A stretch of DNA of 64,000 bases from Mesotoga infera. GTDB lineage: Bacteria; Thermotogota; Thermotogae; Petrotogales; Kosmotogaceae. The DNA lies in NCBI GenBank assembly GCA_011045915.1, contig DSBT01000120.1:7220-71219 (forward strand), given 5' to 3'. Under the pieces are notes generated by a model that saw only the letters and a program-made list of their open reading frames with translations, did no database searches and was not told the DNA's origin. Position numbers and translations under genes: made by a program. Shown here one piece after another: positions 47,266 through 55,320 of this stretch; the stretch's first letter is position 1, and each line of letters begins with the position of its first letter.

Positions 47266-48664
47266 TGCCTTTGACCTCCAAAGTTTGCTCATATAAGGAA
47301 AGATAGTTCTTGGCCGACGCTTCCCAAGAGAAATCTTCTTTCATTGCGTTACGGACGACCTCTCGCCAAAAATCGTCGTGATTGTAGACTTCAAGCGCCT
47401 TTTTCAGAGCCTCAAGCAGGCTTTCGCCACTGTAATCAACAAAACCGAATCCATTACCGTGGTCTGAAAGGCCATACTCTTTCACAGTATCCGCCAGTCC
47501 ACCTGTGTACCTAACAACTGGAACAGTTCCGTATCTCATTGCAAACATCTGACCTAAGCCACAGGGCTCATATCTGGATGGCATCAGGAAAAAATCTGCA
47601 CCCGAATAGATCTTTTGCGCAAGATCAAGATCAAAAGCAAGTTTGACAGCAACTTTGTCGGGATAATTCTCATGAAGATCTTTGAACATCTTCTCGTACT
47701 TCTTCTCTCCTGTTCCAAGAACAATTAACTGCATAGGAAGTCTTACTAACTCTCCCCGAATCTCCTCAATGAGATCAAGTCCCTTCTGGTCAACTAAACG
47801 GGAAATCAATCCAAAAAGTGGCGCTCTATTCTTTGGAAGACCTACCAGCACCTGCAAATTCGATTTATTTATTTCCTTCTTTTCGATACTGTCGAGACTG
47901 TAGTTTACCCACAACCGAGGATCCCTTTCGGGATCGTACTCGAAGTAATCGATTCCGTTTAGAATCCCTACTAGATCTTTCTTTCTTCTCGAAAGGACCT
48001 CTTCCAGACCCGCTCCGTATTCTTCCGTCTGAATTTCATTGGCATATGTGGGGGATACCGTACTTAGTTTGTCAGAATATTCCAGACCAGCCCTCATGAA
48101 GTTGATGTCGCTCCCTTCTGTGATGTCATTTAGGTAACGACTCTCAATACCGGAGAGCTGAAGATATTCTCTGCAATAAGTACCCTGGTAAGCAAGATTG
48201 TGTATAGAGAAGACTGTTTTGCACTTTGCATTTGCCTGTTTCAAATATACAGCCATCAAGCCTGTATGCCAGTCGTTCAGATGGACTATATCATAACCGT
48301 TATCAGCAGCAAAACCCGCCGCGGCATCGGAAAAACTCATGGCCTGAAGTCCTAGATCGGATGCTCCATAGACTTCATCGGAATCCATGAGCTCTTCATT
48401 GCCAAGGAGAAATACATCAACGCTACCAAGCGGGCGTGATTTCTTGTAGAGTTCAAAAGAGATTTCTCTCTCCATGAACCTTGTTTTCAGAATTGATCCG
48501 GTCTTTGAGGTTACATACTTGTCCACAGACTTGTGAAATGGCATTAATATATCGATTTCAACCCCGAGATCTTTAAGATACTTTGGCAAAGCTCCAGCAA
48601 CATCTGCCAGACCTCCGACTTTTGCAAGTGGATAAACCTCGTAAGAGACAAAAAGCACTTTCAT
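47258..48664 (-). CDS. glgA: Glycogen synthase (GT5)
   Basis: MKVLFVSYEVYPLAKVGGLADV. C-terminal PSRYEPCGLGQM. Start at MKVLF after AGAGGTGA. The ORF-track start is 48694. Confidence 0.95.
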   Translation of the reverse strand: MKVLFVSYEVYPLAKVGGLADVAGALPKYLKDLGVEIDILMPFHKSVDKYVTSKTGSILKTRFMEREISFELYKKSRPLGSVDVFLLGNEELMDSDEVYGASDLGLQAMSFSDAAAGFAADNGYDIVHLNDWHTGLMAVYLKQANAKCKTVFSIHNLAYQGTYCREYLQLSGIESRYLNDITEGSDINFMRAGLEYSDKLSTVSPTYANEIQTEEYGAGLEEVLSRRKKDLVGILNGIDYFEYDPERDPRLWVNYSLDSIEKKEINKSNLQVLVGLPKNRAPLFGLISRLVDQKGLDLIEEIRGELVRLPMQLIVLGTGEKKYEKMFKDLHENYPDKVAVKLAFDLDLAQKIYSGADFFLMPSRYEPCGLGQMFAMRYGTVPVVRYTGGLADTVKEYGLSDHGNGFGFVDYSGESLLEALKKALEVYNHDDFWREVVRNAMKEDFSWEASAKNYLSLYEQTLEVKGNA

Positions 48665-48668
48665 TCCA

Positions 48669-49289
48669 TCACCTCTTGAATAACGGTAGGTCATGAGAGA
48701 AGATAACCGTGTCGGCCATTTCGAAGTACTTAGTAACGAAAGCTGCCGCTGCGTCTGATCTCATACCTTTACGAATTTCGTGATAGTTTATCTGCCTTGT
48801 GCATACGTCGCCACAAATGAACACTTTACCATGATTTTCAGTTTCAAGGAAAAAGGAAACATGGTCTCTGGAGTGAAAGGGAGATTTGAGAACATCAATT
48901 GATCCCAGAATCTTCTCACCACCGTTGAATGGCTCGACCCTCCTCCACGAATCAATGATTTTTAGATACATTGCTCCCACTACAGGACCGAAAGAACCAT
49001 AGTTTCTGCTCTGATAATTGGCGTGCAAACGAATCGTCGCATGGGGGAAAAACATACTATTAAAAGCGTGATCCAGATGAAAATGAGTCAGCAATATGTC
49101 GGTTATGCTATCCGGGGAAAGTCCCATAGAAGTCAATCTTTCTTCCAGAATCTTAATCGAAGGAAACCCGCCGGGATCGACGAGAATCTTTTTGCTATCT
49201 TCCACAAGCAAAACACAACTACTTGTAGGGGCATCCATCATTCCCGGCACAAAAACGATGCTGCCGGGAAAGAGGAGACTCAAGTCCAA
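48669..49289 (-). CDS. MBL-fold metallo-hydrolase
   Basis: 206 aa. HxHxDH motif THFHLDH, and a later SPFHSRDH. Confidence 0.8.
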   Translation of the reverse strand: MDLSLLFPGSIVFVPGMMDAPTSSCVLLVEDSKKILVDPGGFPSIKILEERLTSMGLSPDSITDILLTHFHLDHAFNSMFFPHATIRLHANYQSRNYGSFGPVVGAMYLKIIDSWRRVEPFNGGEKILGSIDVLKSPFHSRDHVSFFLETENHGKVFICGDVCTRQINYHEIRKGMRSDAAAAFVTKYFEMADTVIFSHDLPLFKR

Positions 49290-49290
49290 G

Positions 49291-50079
49291 TCACATCACT
49301 CCTCGAAAAATCAATCCGATCGTCCCTACAATTATACAGTATATGCCAAAGAATCTCAGACGCCGCTTCAGAACAAGTTTCTTTAGGAGCCAAAGTCCGA
49401 CTATGCCCATAAGGAAGGCAAGAAGAGATGCCAGCAGAACTGTCGAAAGTGGAAGGCTTACTCTCGAAATCTCGAGAATACCGGCTCCAAGAGTTACTGG
49501 AAGACTCAAAAGAAATGAGAACCTGACTGCATCACTTCTCATCATTCCGATGAGAAGAGCACCGAATATTGTCAGGCCGCTCCTGGATATTCCAGGAGCT
49601 ATTGCGGCTGCCTGAAAAATTCCAATCGACAGCGCACCCGCAAAAGACAGGTCGAGAATCCTTCGGTTCCCCTTGAACCTATCAGAAATGAATAGGGCAG
49701 CAGCCGTAACAAAAAGCATTATCGAAGTGAAAGCTACATCGGAAAAGAGAGACTTAATCTCATCTTCTAGCAAGAAACCCGCTAAAACCGCAGGTATTGT
49801 TGCTATGAAGAGCAGTCCAATGTACCTGATCGATGAGCTTCTTTTTTCCGGCCTACCCAGACCCGCTAAGATCGCCCACAGATCTCTGAATGTGAACAAC
49901 AGAACAGCACCAAAAGTGGCGAGATGCAGGACAGCAAAAAAAGCAGCCTTGGATTCGGCGTCAAGCGGTACGTTGAGAAAACTGGAGAAGATCGTGAGAT
50001 GTCCAGATGAAGAAACGGGAAGAAACTCCGTTGCTCCTTGCACTACTCCCAACAAGAGGTAACTGGCAAATTCAGACAC
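49291..50079 (-). CDS. uppP: Undecaprenyl-diphosphate phosphatase (BacA/UppP)
   Basis: LLLGVVQGATEFLPVSSSGHL and PGISRSG. GTG start at 50079 lies 5 nt after GAGGAGGG. The ORF-track start is 50097. Confidence 0.9.
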   Translation of the reverse strand: MSEFASYLLLGVVQGATEFLPVSSSGHLTIFSSFLNVPLDAESKAAFFAVLHLATFGAVLLFTFRDLWAILAGLGRPEKRSSSIRYIGLLFIATIPAVLAGFLLEDEIKSLFSDVAFTSIMLFVTAAALFISDRFKGNRRILDLSFAGALSIGIFQAAAIAPGISRSGLTIFGALLIGMMRSDAVRFSFLLSLPVTLGAGILEISRVSLPLSTVLLASLLAFLMGIVGLWLLKKLVLKRRLRFFGIYCIIVGTIGLIFRGVM

Positions 50080-50686
50080 TAAAACCCTCCTCTTCACTTA
50101 TGCTTTCAAATGAAATCCCTTGTTCTTGAAGTATTTCGGCAATCATGCTTATGTCAGATTCGTCTGTTCTTATGACAACGCGCCTGGAATCCTCGCTTTC
50201 TGAAGCAGATGTGATTATCGAAAGAATGTTCACTTCTCTTTCGGCCAGGAAGTCCACAACATCTCTCAAAGCACCGGGTTTGTCATCTAGAACGATTGAA
50301 ATCCTGGTTCCCGGTTTGTCCATGGCAGTGAATTCCATCAAACCTTCAAGAATCTCGAAGACCCCTATTGCCCCAACGACAAAGAAATCATCGTTCACGA
50401 CGGGAAGAACATAATCGTGACTCTCAATTAGCATCAGAGCAGCATCCTCAATAAAGTCCGAATCTCGACAGTAAAATACAGGCTCACCCACAACTCCTGA
50501 AAGCAACCCGGAAGCATCGCTCTCCAAAATCTCGTCTAGTCGTGCAACTCCAGATAATCTCCCTTCCTTGTCTACCGAAATGATCGTTGTCAATCCAATT
50601 TTCTTTGTTTCGGCAAGGATCTCCTCAAGACTTCTGTTTTCTTCAAAAACGGGATAGGTCCTGTTTGTCCATTTATCAATATTCAT
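50072..50686 (-). CDS. CBS-pair plus ACT domain protein (AcuB-like)
   Basis: 204 aa. Two CBS-like repeats followed by ISIVLDDKPGALRDVVDFLAEREVNILSI (ACT). Confidence 0.7.
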   Translation of the reverse strand: MNIDKWTNRTYPVFEENRSLEEILAETKKIGLTTIISVDKEGRLSGVARLDEILESDASGLLSGVVGEPVFYCRDSDFIEDAALMLIESHDYVLPVVNDDFFVVGAIGVFEILEGLMEFTAMDKPGTRISIVLDDKPGALRDVVDFLAEREVNILSIITSASESEDSRRVVIRTDESDISMIAEILQEQGISFESISEEEGFSV

Positions 50687-50736
50687 GATACCGCCTCTTT
50701 TCCATCTAAAGACTTTTATTTATTGCAACTTACACC

Positions 50737-50742
50737 TATAAT
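50737..50742 (+). promoter_or_regulatory. Candidate -10 box (TATAAT) upstream of the HD-domain gene
   Basis: Perfect TATAAT 43 nt upstream of the GTG at 50786. There is no convincing -35: TTGCAA is only 8 nt away. Confidence 0.25.
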
Positions 50743-50785
50743 TGTAGCAACATATATCTATGCACTGCATTGGGGAGGTGCCTCC

Positions 50786-51916
50786 GTGTTTCAAGGATAC
50801 GTGAAACTTCTGGAACTGGCAACAAATCTTTTCACAATGTATAGATGGAACAACACACCGACTCTACTTAGGACCAACGAGGCCGAGAACGCCTTCATAT
50901 CGGCGCAATACTGTCTGTTGATGTCCGAGATGGCCAGCCTCAATGGTCTTCATGTCGACGACAAGAAACTGTTTCAGAGACTTGTTCTCAAAGAACTTCC
51001 AAAATGCCTTCTCTCTGACATCTCTGTGGACACAAAGATACTGATCAAGTCGCTTTCACCTGACAAGTGGAATGATGTCTTCTCACGAACGGTGGAGGAG
51101 ATCGTTCAGTACCTTCCTGACGATAGACACGATCCTTTCTACCTCTCGATGGTTCACTCAAAAGACGATACAATTGAAGGCAAGATTATCCAGACCGGAG
51201 ACCTTCTCTCAGCCAAACTCGAAGCCGGACTCCATGCCAGATATTTTCCTGACTTCTTCAACAGACCGCTGAAAGATTTGGAGCAACGGATAGAGAGTTT
51301 CGGAAACTTTGAACCGTATCGTTTAATAGCTGACTCTGAGTGGCTAGAGCGCTACACAAATGCCTTAATCGTTCTGATAAGGGCAGTTCGCTGGAACAGA
51401 TTGAACAGAAACGTACCGACTACCGTTGCCGCCCATTCATTCTACGTCACAATAACGGCGTATATTCTCTCCTGCATGGAGGAGGAAAACGGCAAGGTTA
51501 TAAATCCGGTTGAATCCGTCAAACTCGCCCTTCTACATGATATTCCAGAAAGCATGACAGGTGACATTATCACTCCAACTAAGAAAAAAGTCCCGGGGTT
51601 CGAAGAAGTAATCGCACAAGTTGAGGAGCGAATGGTCACCGAGAATCTGCTAGCCGGAATGCCAGATAGACTTATCAAAGAGCTCAAATACAGAATGCTG
51701 GATCCATTTGAATCTCATGAAGGCAGACTCGTGTGGGCAGCCGACCAGTTCGCTGCGACAGTAGAATGCCTGATGGAAATACGTTCGGGAAACACACAAT
51801 ATGCCTTCAGAGATGCAATGAACAGGATGCTTGACGACCTATCAAAGTCTGATCTAGAGAGCGTTCAGTTCCTAACCCAATCGTTCAGATGGAGTCTAGA
51901 CTGGACGGGTAGATAG
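50786..51916 (+). CDS. Tandem YfbR-like HD-domain protein (degenerate N-terminal copy plus intact C-terminal copy)
   Basis: The C-terminal half has VAAHSF... and LALLHDIPESMTGDIITPTKKK (5'-deoxynucleotidase-type HD motif). The N-terminal half repeats the RWN.. fold signature but lacks H and HD. GTG start at 50786 lies 6 nt after GGGGAGGTG. The ORF-track start is 50723. Confidence 0.7.
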   Translation: MFQGYVKLLELATNLFTMYRWNNTPTLLRTNEAENAFISAQYCLLMSEMASLNGLHVDDKKLFQRLVLKELPKCLLSDISVDTKILIKSLSPDKWNDVFSRTVEEIVQYLPDDRHDPFYLSMVHSKDDTIEGKIIQTGDLLSAKLEAGLHARYFPDFFNRPLKDLEQRIESFGNFEPYRLIADSEWLERYTNALIVLIRAVRWNRLNRNVPTTVAAHSFYVTITAYILSCMEEENGKVINPVESVKLALLHDIPESMTGDIITPTKKKVPGFEEVIAQVEERMVTENLLAGMPDRLIKELKYRMLDPFESHEGRLVWAADQFAATVECLMEIRSGNTQYAFRDAMNRMLDDLSKSDLESVQFLTQSFRWSLDWTGR

Positions 51917-53074
51917 TCAAAGCGTCTTTAGAAATCTGTCAAATCTGTCTAGTCCTTCTCTGAGTTCTTCGGCCGAACTCGAAAAAGAAATTCTTATGAA
52001 CCCCTCGTAGCTGAATGCGCTTCCTGGAACCATTCCAACTTTCTGCTCCTCAAGAAGACCGATTGCAAAATCATTTGAGTTCTTGAACCTTCCTCCAAGA
52101 AAAGATCTGATGTCTATGAAAACATAGAAAGCTCCAGCGGGTTTGCTGAACTTCAATCCAATTTGATCCAGTCTTGAAACCACGTAATCTCTCCTCTTCC
52201 GAAACTCTTCCACCATAGAAGATGTGTCAACTTCGAAAGCCTTCAAGGCGGCGTACTGAGCCATTGTGTTGACATTCGAGGAAAGGTGACTTTGAATTTT
52301 CGAAATCGCCCTGGCCACTTTCATCGGTGTGGCGGAATAACCGACTCTCCAGCCCGTCATTGCATAGGTTTTTGAGAAAGCGTTAATTACCGCGACCCTC
52401 TCCTTCATACCCTCAATCGAGGCAATAGAGAAATGCGGGGCATCAAATACGAGCTTCTCATACACCTCATCGGAAATAACAAAAAGATCTCTCTCTACGC
52501 AAAGCTTACCCAAGCCTCTAAGAAACTCTTCAGGATATATGGCTCCGGTTGGGTTGTTTGGAGAGTTTATCATTACTGCGCGTGTTCTATCGGTAATTGC
52601 TTTTTCGATTTCATGAATTTCGGGAACAAAACCCTTCTCGACTCTAGCCGGGACAACTACAGGCACACCACCGCACAATAGAATTTGTGCCTCATAGCTC
52701 ACCCAGGCCGGAGAAATGATTACTACTTCATCCCCCACGTTCAACAAGGCTTTAAGCACGTTATAAATCGCTTGCTTCCCGCCGTTTGAAACCACAATTT
52801 CCTCAGGTGAGTAGTGAAGACCGTTATCACTCTGAAGTTTCACAGTGATCGCCTTTCTTAATTCATCAATTCCAGAGGCATTTGTGTACTTCGTTTTCCC
52901 CTCATTTAAAGCTTTGATCGCTGCATCAACAATAGGTCTGGGAGTGGGGAAATCAGGTTCACCAGCAGTGAGTTTCACGACATTCTCTCCTGATTTTGCA
53001 AGGTCCATGGCTTTCTTGTTGAATTCAAGTGTGGCCGAGGGCGTTACAGAAGAGACAAAGTGCGACAATTCCAT
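51917..53074 (-). CDS. aspC: Class I pyridoxal-phosphate aminotransferase (aspartate aminotransferase type)
   Basis: SPNNPTG and SKTYAMTGWRVGY (PLP lysine). Start at MELSHF, 5 nt after GGAGGTG. The ORF-track start is 53098. Confidence 0.85.
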   Translation of the reverse strand: MELSHFVSSVTPSATLEFNKKAMDLAKSGENVVKLTAGEPDFPTPRPIVDAAIKALNEGKTKYTNASGIDELRKAITVKLQSDNGLHYSPEEIVVSNGGKQAIYNVLKALLNVGDEVVIISPAWVSYEAQILLCGGVPVVVPARVEKGFVPEIHEIEKAITDRTRAVMINSPNNPTGAIYPEEFLRGLGKLCVERDLFVISDEVYEKLVFDAPHFSIASIEGMKERVAVINAFSKTYAMTGWRVGYSATPMKVARAISKIQSHLSSNVNTMAQYAALKAFEVDTSSMVEEFRKRRDYVVSRLDQIGLKFSKPAGAFYVFIDIRSFLGGRFKNSNDFAIGLLEEQKVGMVPGSAFSYEGFIRISFSSSAEELREGLDRFDRFLKTL

Positions 53075-53113
53075 CAGAGCACCTCCGCAGTTTATCAATC
53101 AGTGTTTTAGATT

Positions 53114-53779
53114 TCAGATCTTGTTTATTATCTCTAGGACGACCAGCGCGAAATCATTCAGACTATCCTTCTTGCAGAGCCTCGCGCCAGCTTCTCTCTT
53201 TCTCTTTCCATTTACAAGTGAAGATCCAACGGCCATAACAATTTCTGTCATCCCGTATTCAAGCTTTTCAATGAACTCAATCCTGAAACTGGGTATTACG
53301 TCTCTGATGGCCGCGACTGTAGACTCTACAATCGCCATGTATTTCTCGTCATCACCAACATCAACTATGGAAGAACCCTCAAGCTCTTTCCCTTCATAAT
53401 CTAGGATTACAGTAATATCGAGCCGTCTAATTGTGGCTTTTGTTTCGAGACTCGTAAGTTGGAAGTTGTACCCTTGGACTTCTTCCTTTTGGTAAGGTCT
53501 TATTACCGAAGCCTCTTCTTCATCCCCAGAATCAAGAGATATCTGTGCGATAGAGACTATCTTCCTATCAATCTTGATCCCGCTCGAAGCGAAGATTGCT
53601 GTTTCAATATCTCTAACCAATTGCTTTGCCGGTTTGGAAATGTCCGCCAGAACATGAATCTCGACCATTTCTCCGTTCTCATCATAGACGATTCGCGCGC
53701 TGTGAACTCCCGGCAGTTTCGAAACTACATTGTCAACTGCTAGCTTGCTAGGCATTTCATCAACCCCCTCGACCTTCAC
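53114..53779 (-). CDS. Hypothetical two-domain soluble protein
   Basis: 221 aa. No family recognised with confidence. Two alpha/beta halves: LPGVHSARIVYDENGEMVEIHVLADI... and ...MAIVESTVAAIRDVIP.... Confidence 0.5.
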   Translation of the reverse strand: MKVEGVDEMPSKLAVDNVVSKLPGVHSARIVYDENGEMVEIHVLADISKPAKQLVRDIETAIFASSGIKIDRKIVSIAQISLDSGDEEEASVIRPYQKEEVQGYNFQLTSLETKATIRRLDITVILDYEGKELEGSSIVDVGDDEKYMAIVESTVAAIRDVIPSFRIEFIEKLEYGMTEIVMAVGSSLVNGKRKREAGARLCKKDSLNDFALVVLEIINKI

Positions 53780-53988
53780 AAAATCAATGCAAACAACAAA
53801 GACAGACCAAGAAACCCTCCAGCTGCAACAAGGGAATACCAGCCTTTCTTATCATAAGGTTTGTAATCTTCAGGCTTCACTTCGCTCTTTGGTTTGCGCA
53901 CCTTTTTTGTGCCAATCTCAAAGAAAATCAAAGATAGAAAGAGCGCACCCATCGCTATAACAAAAAAAGCATTAGAAACGAATTCCAT
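53776..53988 (-). CDS. Small membrane protein (two TM helices)
   Basis: Start at MEFVSNAFFVIAMGALFLSLIFF after GGGGGT. Second helix WYSLVAAGGFLGLSLLFALIL. 4-nt overlap with the next gene. The ORF-track start is 54015. Confidence 0.45.
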   Translation of the reverse strand: MEFVSNAFFVIAMGALFLSLIFFEIGTKKVRKPKSEVKPEDYKPYDKKGWYSLVAAGGFLGLSLLFALIL

Positions 53989-53992
53989 CGAA

Positions 53993-54694
53993 CTACCCCC
54001 GTACGAACCCACCATCCCGCCAAAGCGGGATCAGGTCGTACATATTGATTTTAGCACAAAAGCCCACATCTTCAAAAAAACCAAGAGAGACAAGTCTCTT
54101 CGCATGCATCCCATTTTCCAAGATGAAACTCTCCAGATTATTTTTGACGGCTTCATAAAGCGCTGAGGCAATCCTGCAGCTCTCATTGTTGTGGCTCATT
54201 TTGAGCTGAGAAACGAGTGCCCCAGCAAGCAAAGTATCTTCCAGTGAAGGTTCACCGTCGGTACCTGAGCACTGTAAATCTATTCTCCCGCTTTCTCTTT
54301 TCAGAAGTCTACAAACGCTTTCCAGATTCAGGAAAGAAGCAAGAATTACTTTTCTTGCCCTCTTTGATCTTGAGACTGCAACTGTCCCGTTGGTTGTGGT
54401 AATTACCAGTTCCTTCCCTTCAATAATCTCTTTAGAGAGCTCGCGCGGGGAATTGCCAATATCAAAACCTTCGATCTTCGCAGACCCTCTTTCACCACAA
54501 GTTAGCACTTCAGAGTTGCACTCCCTGTATTTCTTTGCTTCTTCGACTGAAAGCACCGGCACTATCTTCTCAGCTCCGAAATGAAGTGCAGCCGTCATGG
54601 TGCTGGTAGCTCTGAGTACATCAATCACCACGGCAACGTCTGTTTCCTCGGTTAGCAAACGTGGCAAAAGATTGACTCTCACTTCCACTGCCAC
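53993..54694 (-). CDS. comB: ComB-family 2-phosphosulfolactate phosphatase-like protein
   Basis: VVIDVLRATSTMTAAL..GAEKI. GTG start at 54694 lies 6 nt after GGAGGA. The ORF-track start is 54718. Confidence 0.75.
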   Translation of the reverse strand: MAVEVRVNLLPRLLTEETDVAVVIDVLRATSTMTAALHFGAEKIVPVLSVEEAKKYRECNSEVLTCGERGSAKIEGFDIGNSPRELSKEIIEGKELVITTTNGTVAVSRSKRARKVILASFLNLESVCRLLKRESGRIDLQCSGTDGEPSLEDTLLAGALVSQLKMSHNNESCRIASALYEAVKNNLESFILENGMHAKRLVSLGFFEDVGFCAKINMYDLIPLWRDGGFVRG

Positions 54695-55317
54695 TAGTAA
54701 TCCTCCAGATGTCGCCACAGATTCAGCTCAAGGGCTCTGATTTCTTCCCCTCCAACTCCAATTGTGGACACTGAGCAGTTGTGAATCGAAAGTCGATAGT
54801 GATTCTCAAGCGACAACCCCATAGCATGGCAGAGAGCGGTTCTAATCAACAATGCGTGAGAGACAACAACTACCTGCTTCCCTGGATAACTCGAAGAGAG
54901 ATACCTCACGAACTCAACTGCTCTTCTTTGAACTGCGCCCAGGGGTTCTGTGTCGGGAATGTCGGCCCAGGGGTCCTTGCGCCAGTACTCTATAAGGTTA
55001 CCAAAATTCTCGAAAGCCTCGCTAATGCCAAAGCCGTTCCAAAGACCAACATCCGCCTCACGAAGAACAGGGTTGACTATAGGAGATTTGCATAGATAGC
55101 GGCCAATGATTTCAGCAGTCTCTCTTGCTCTTATTAAATCACTGGTGAAGATCTCAGCAGTATTTGGAATTACTCTCTTGAGAAACCTGCCCGTTTTCTC
55201 GGCTTGCTCTCTACCTTTTTCTGACAAGGGAATATCCGATCTTCCTTGCCATCGGTTGCTATTGTTCCATTCAGTCTCCCCATGCCTCACAAAGTAGATC
55301 TCCAAGATTTCCTCCAA
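54694..55317 (-). CDS. Histidine phosphatase family protein (phosphoglycerate mutase / CobC-like)
   Basis: IYFVRHGETEWN (RHG motif), and a downstream SHALLIR. Confidence 0.8.
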   Translation of the reverse strand: MEEILEIYFVRHGETEWNNSNRWQGRSDIPLSEKGREQAEKTGRFLKRVIPNTAEIFTSDLIRARETAEIIGRYLCKSPIVNPVLREADVGLWNGFGISEAFENFGNLIEYWRKDPWADIPDTEPLGAVQRRAVEFVRYLSSSYPGKQVVVVSHALLIRTALCHAMGLSLENHYRLSIHNCSVSTIGVGGEEIRALELNLWRHLEDY

Positions 55318-55320
55318 TCT

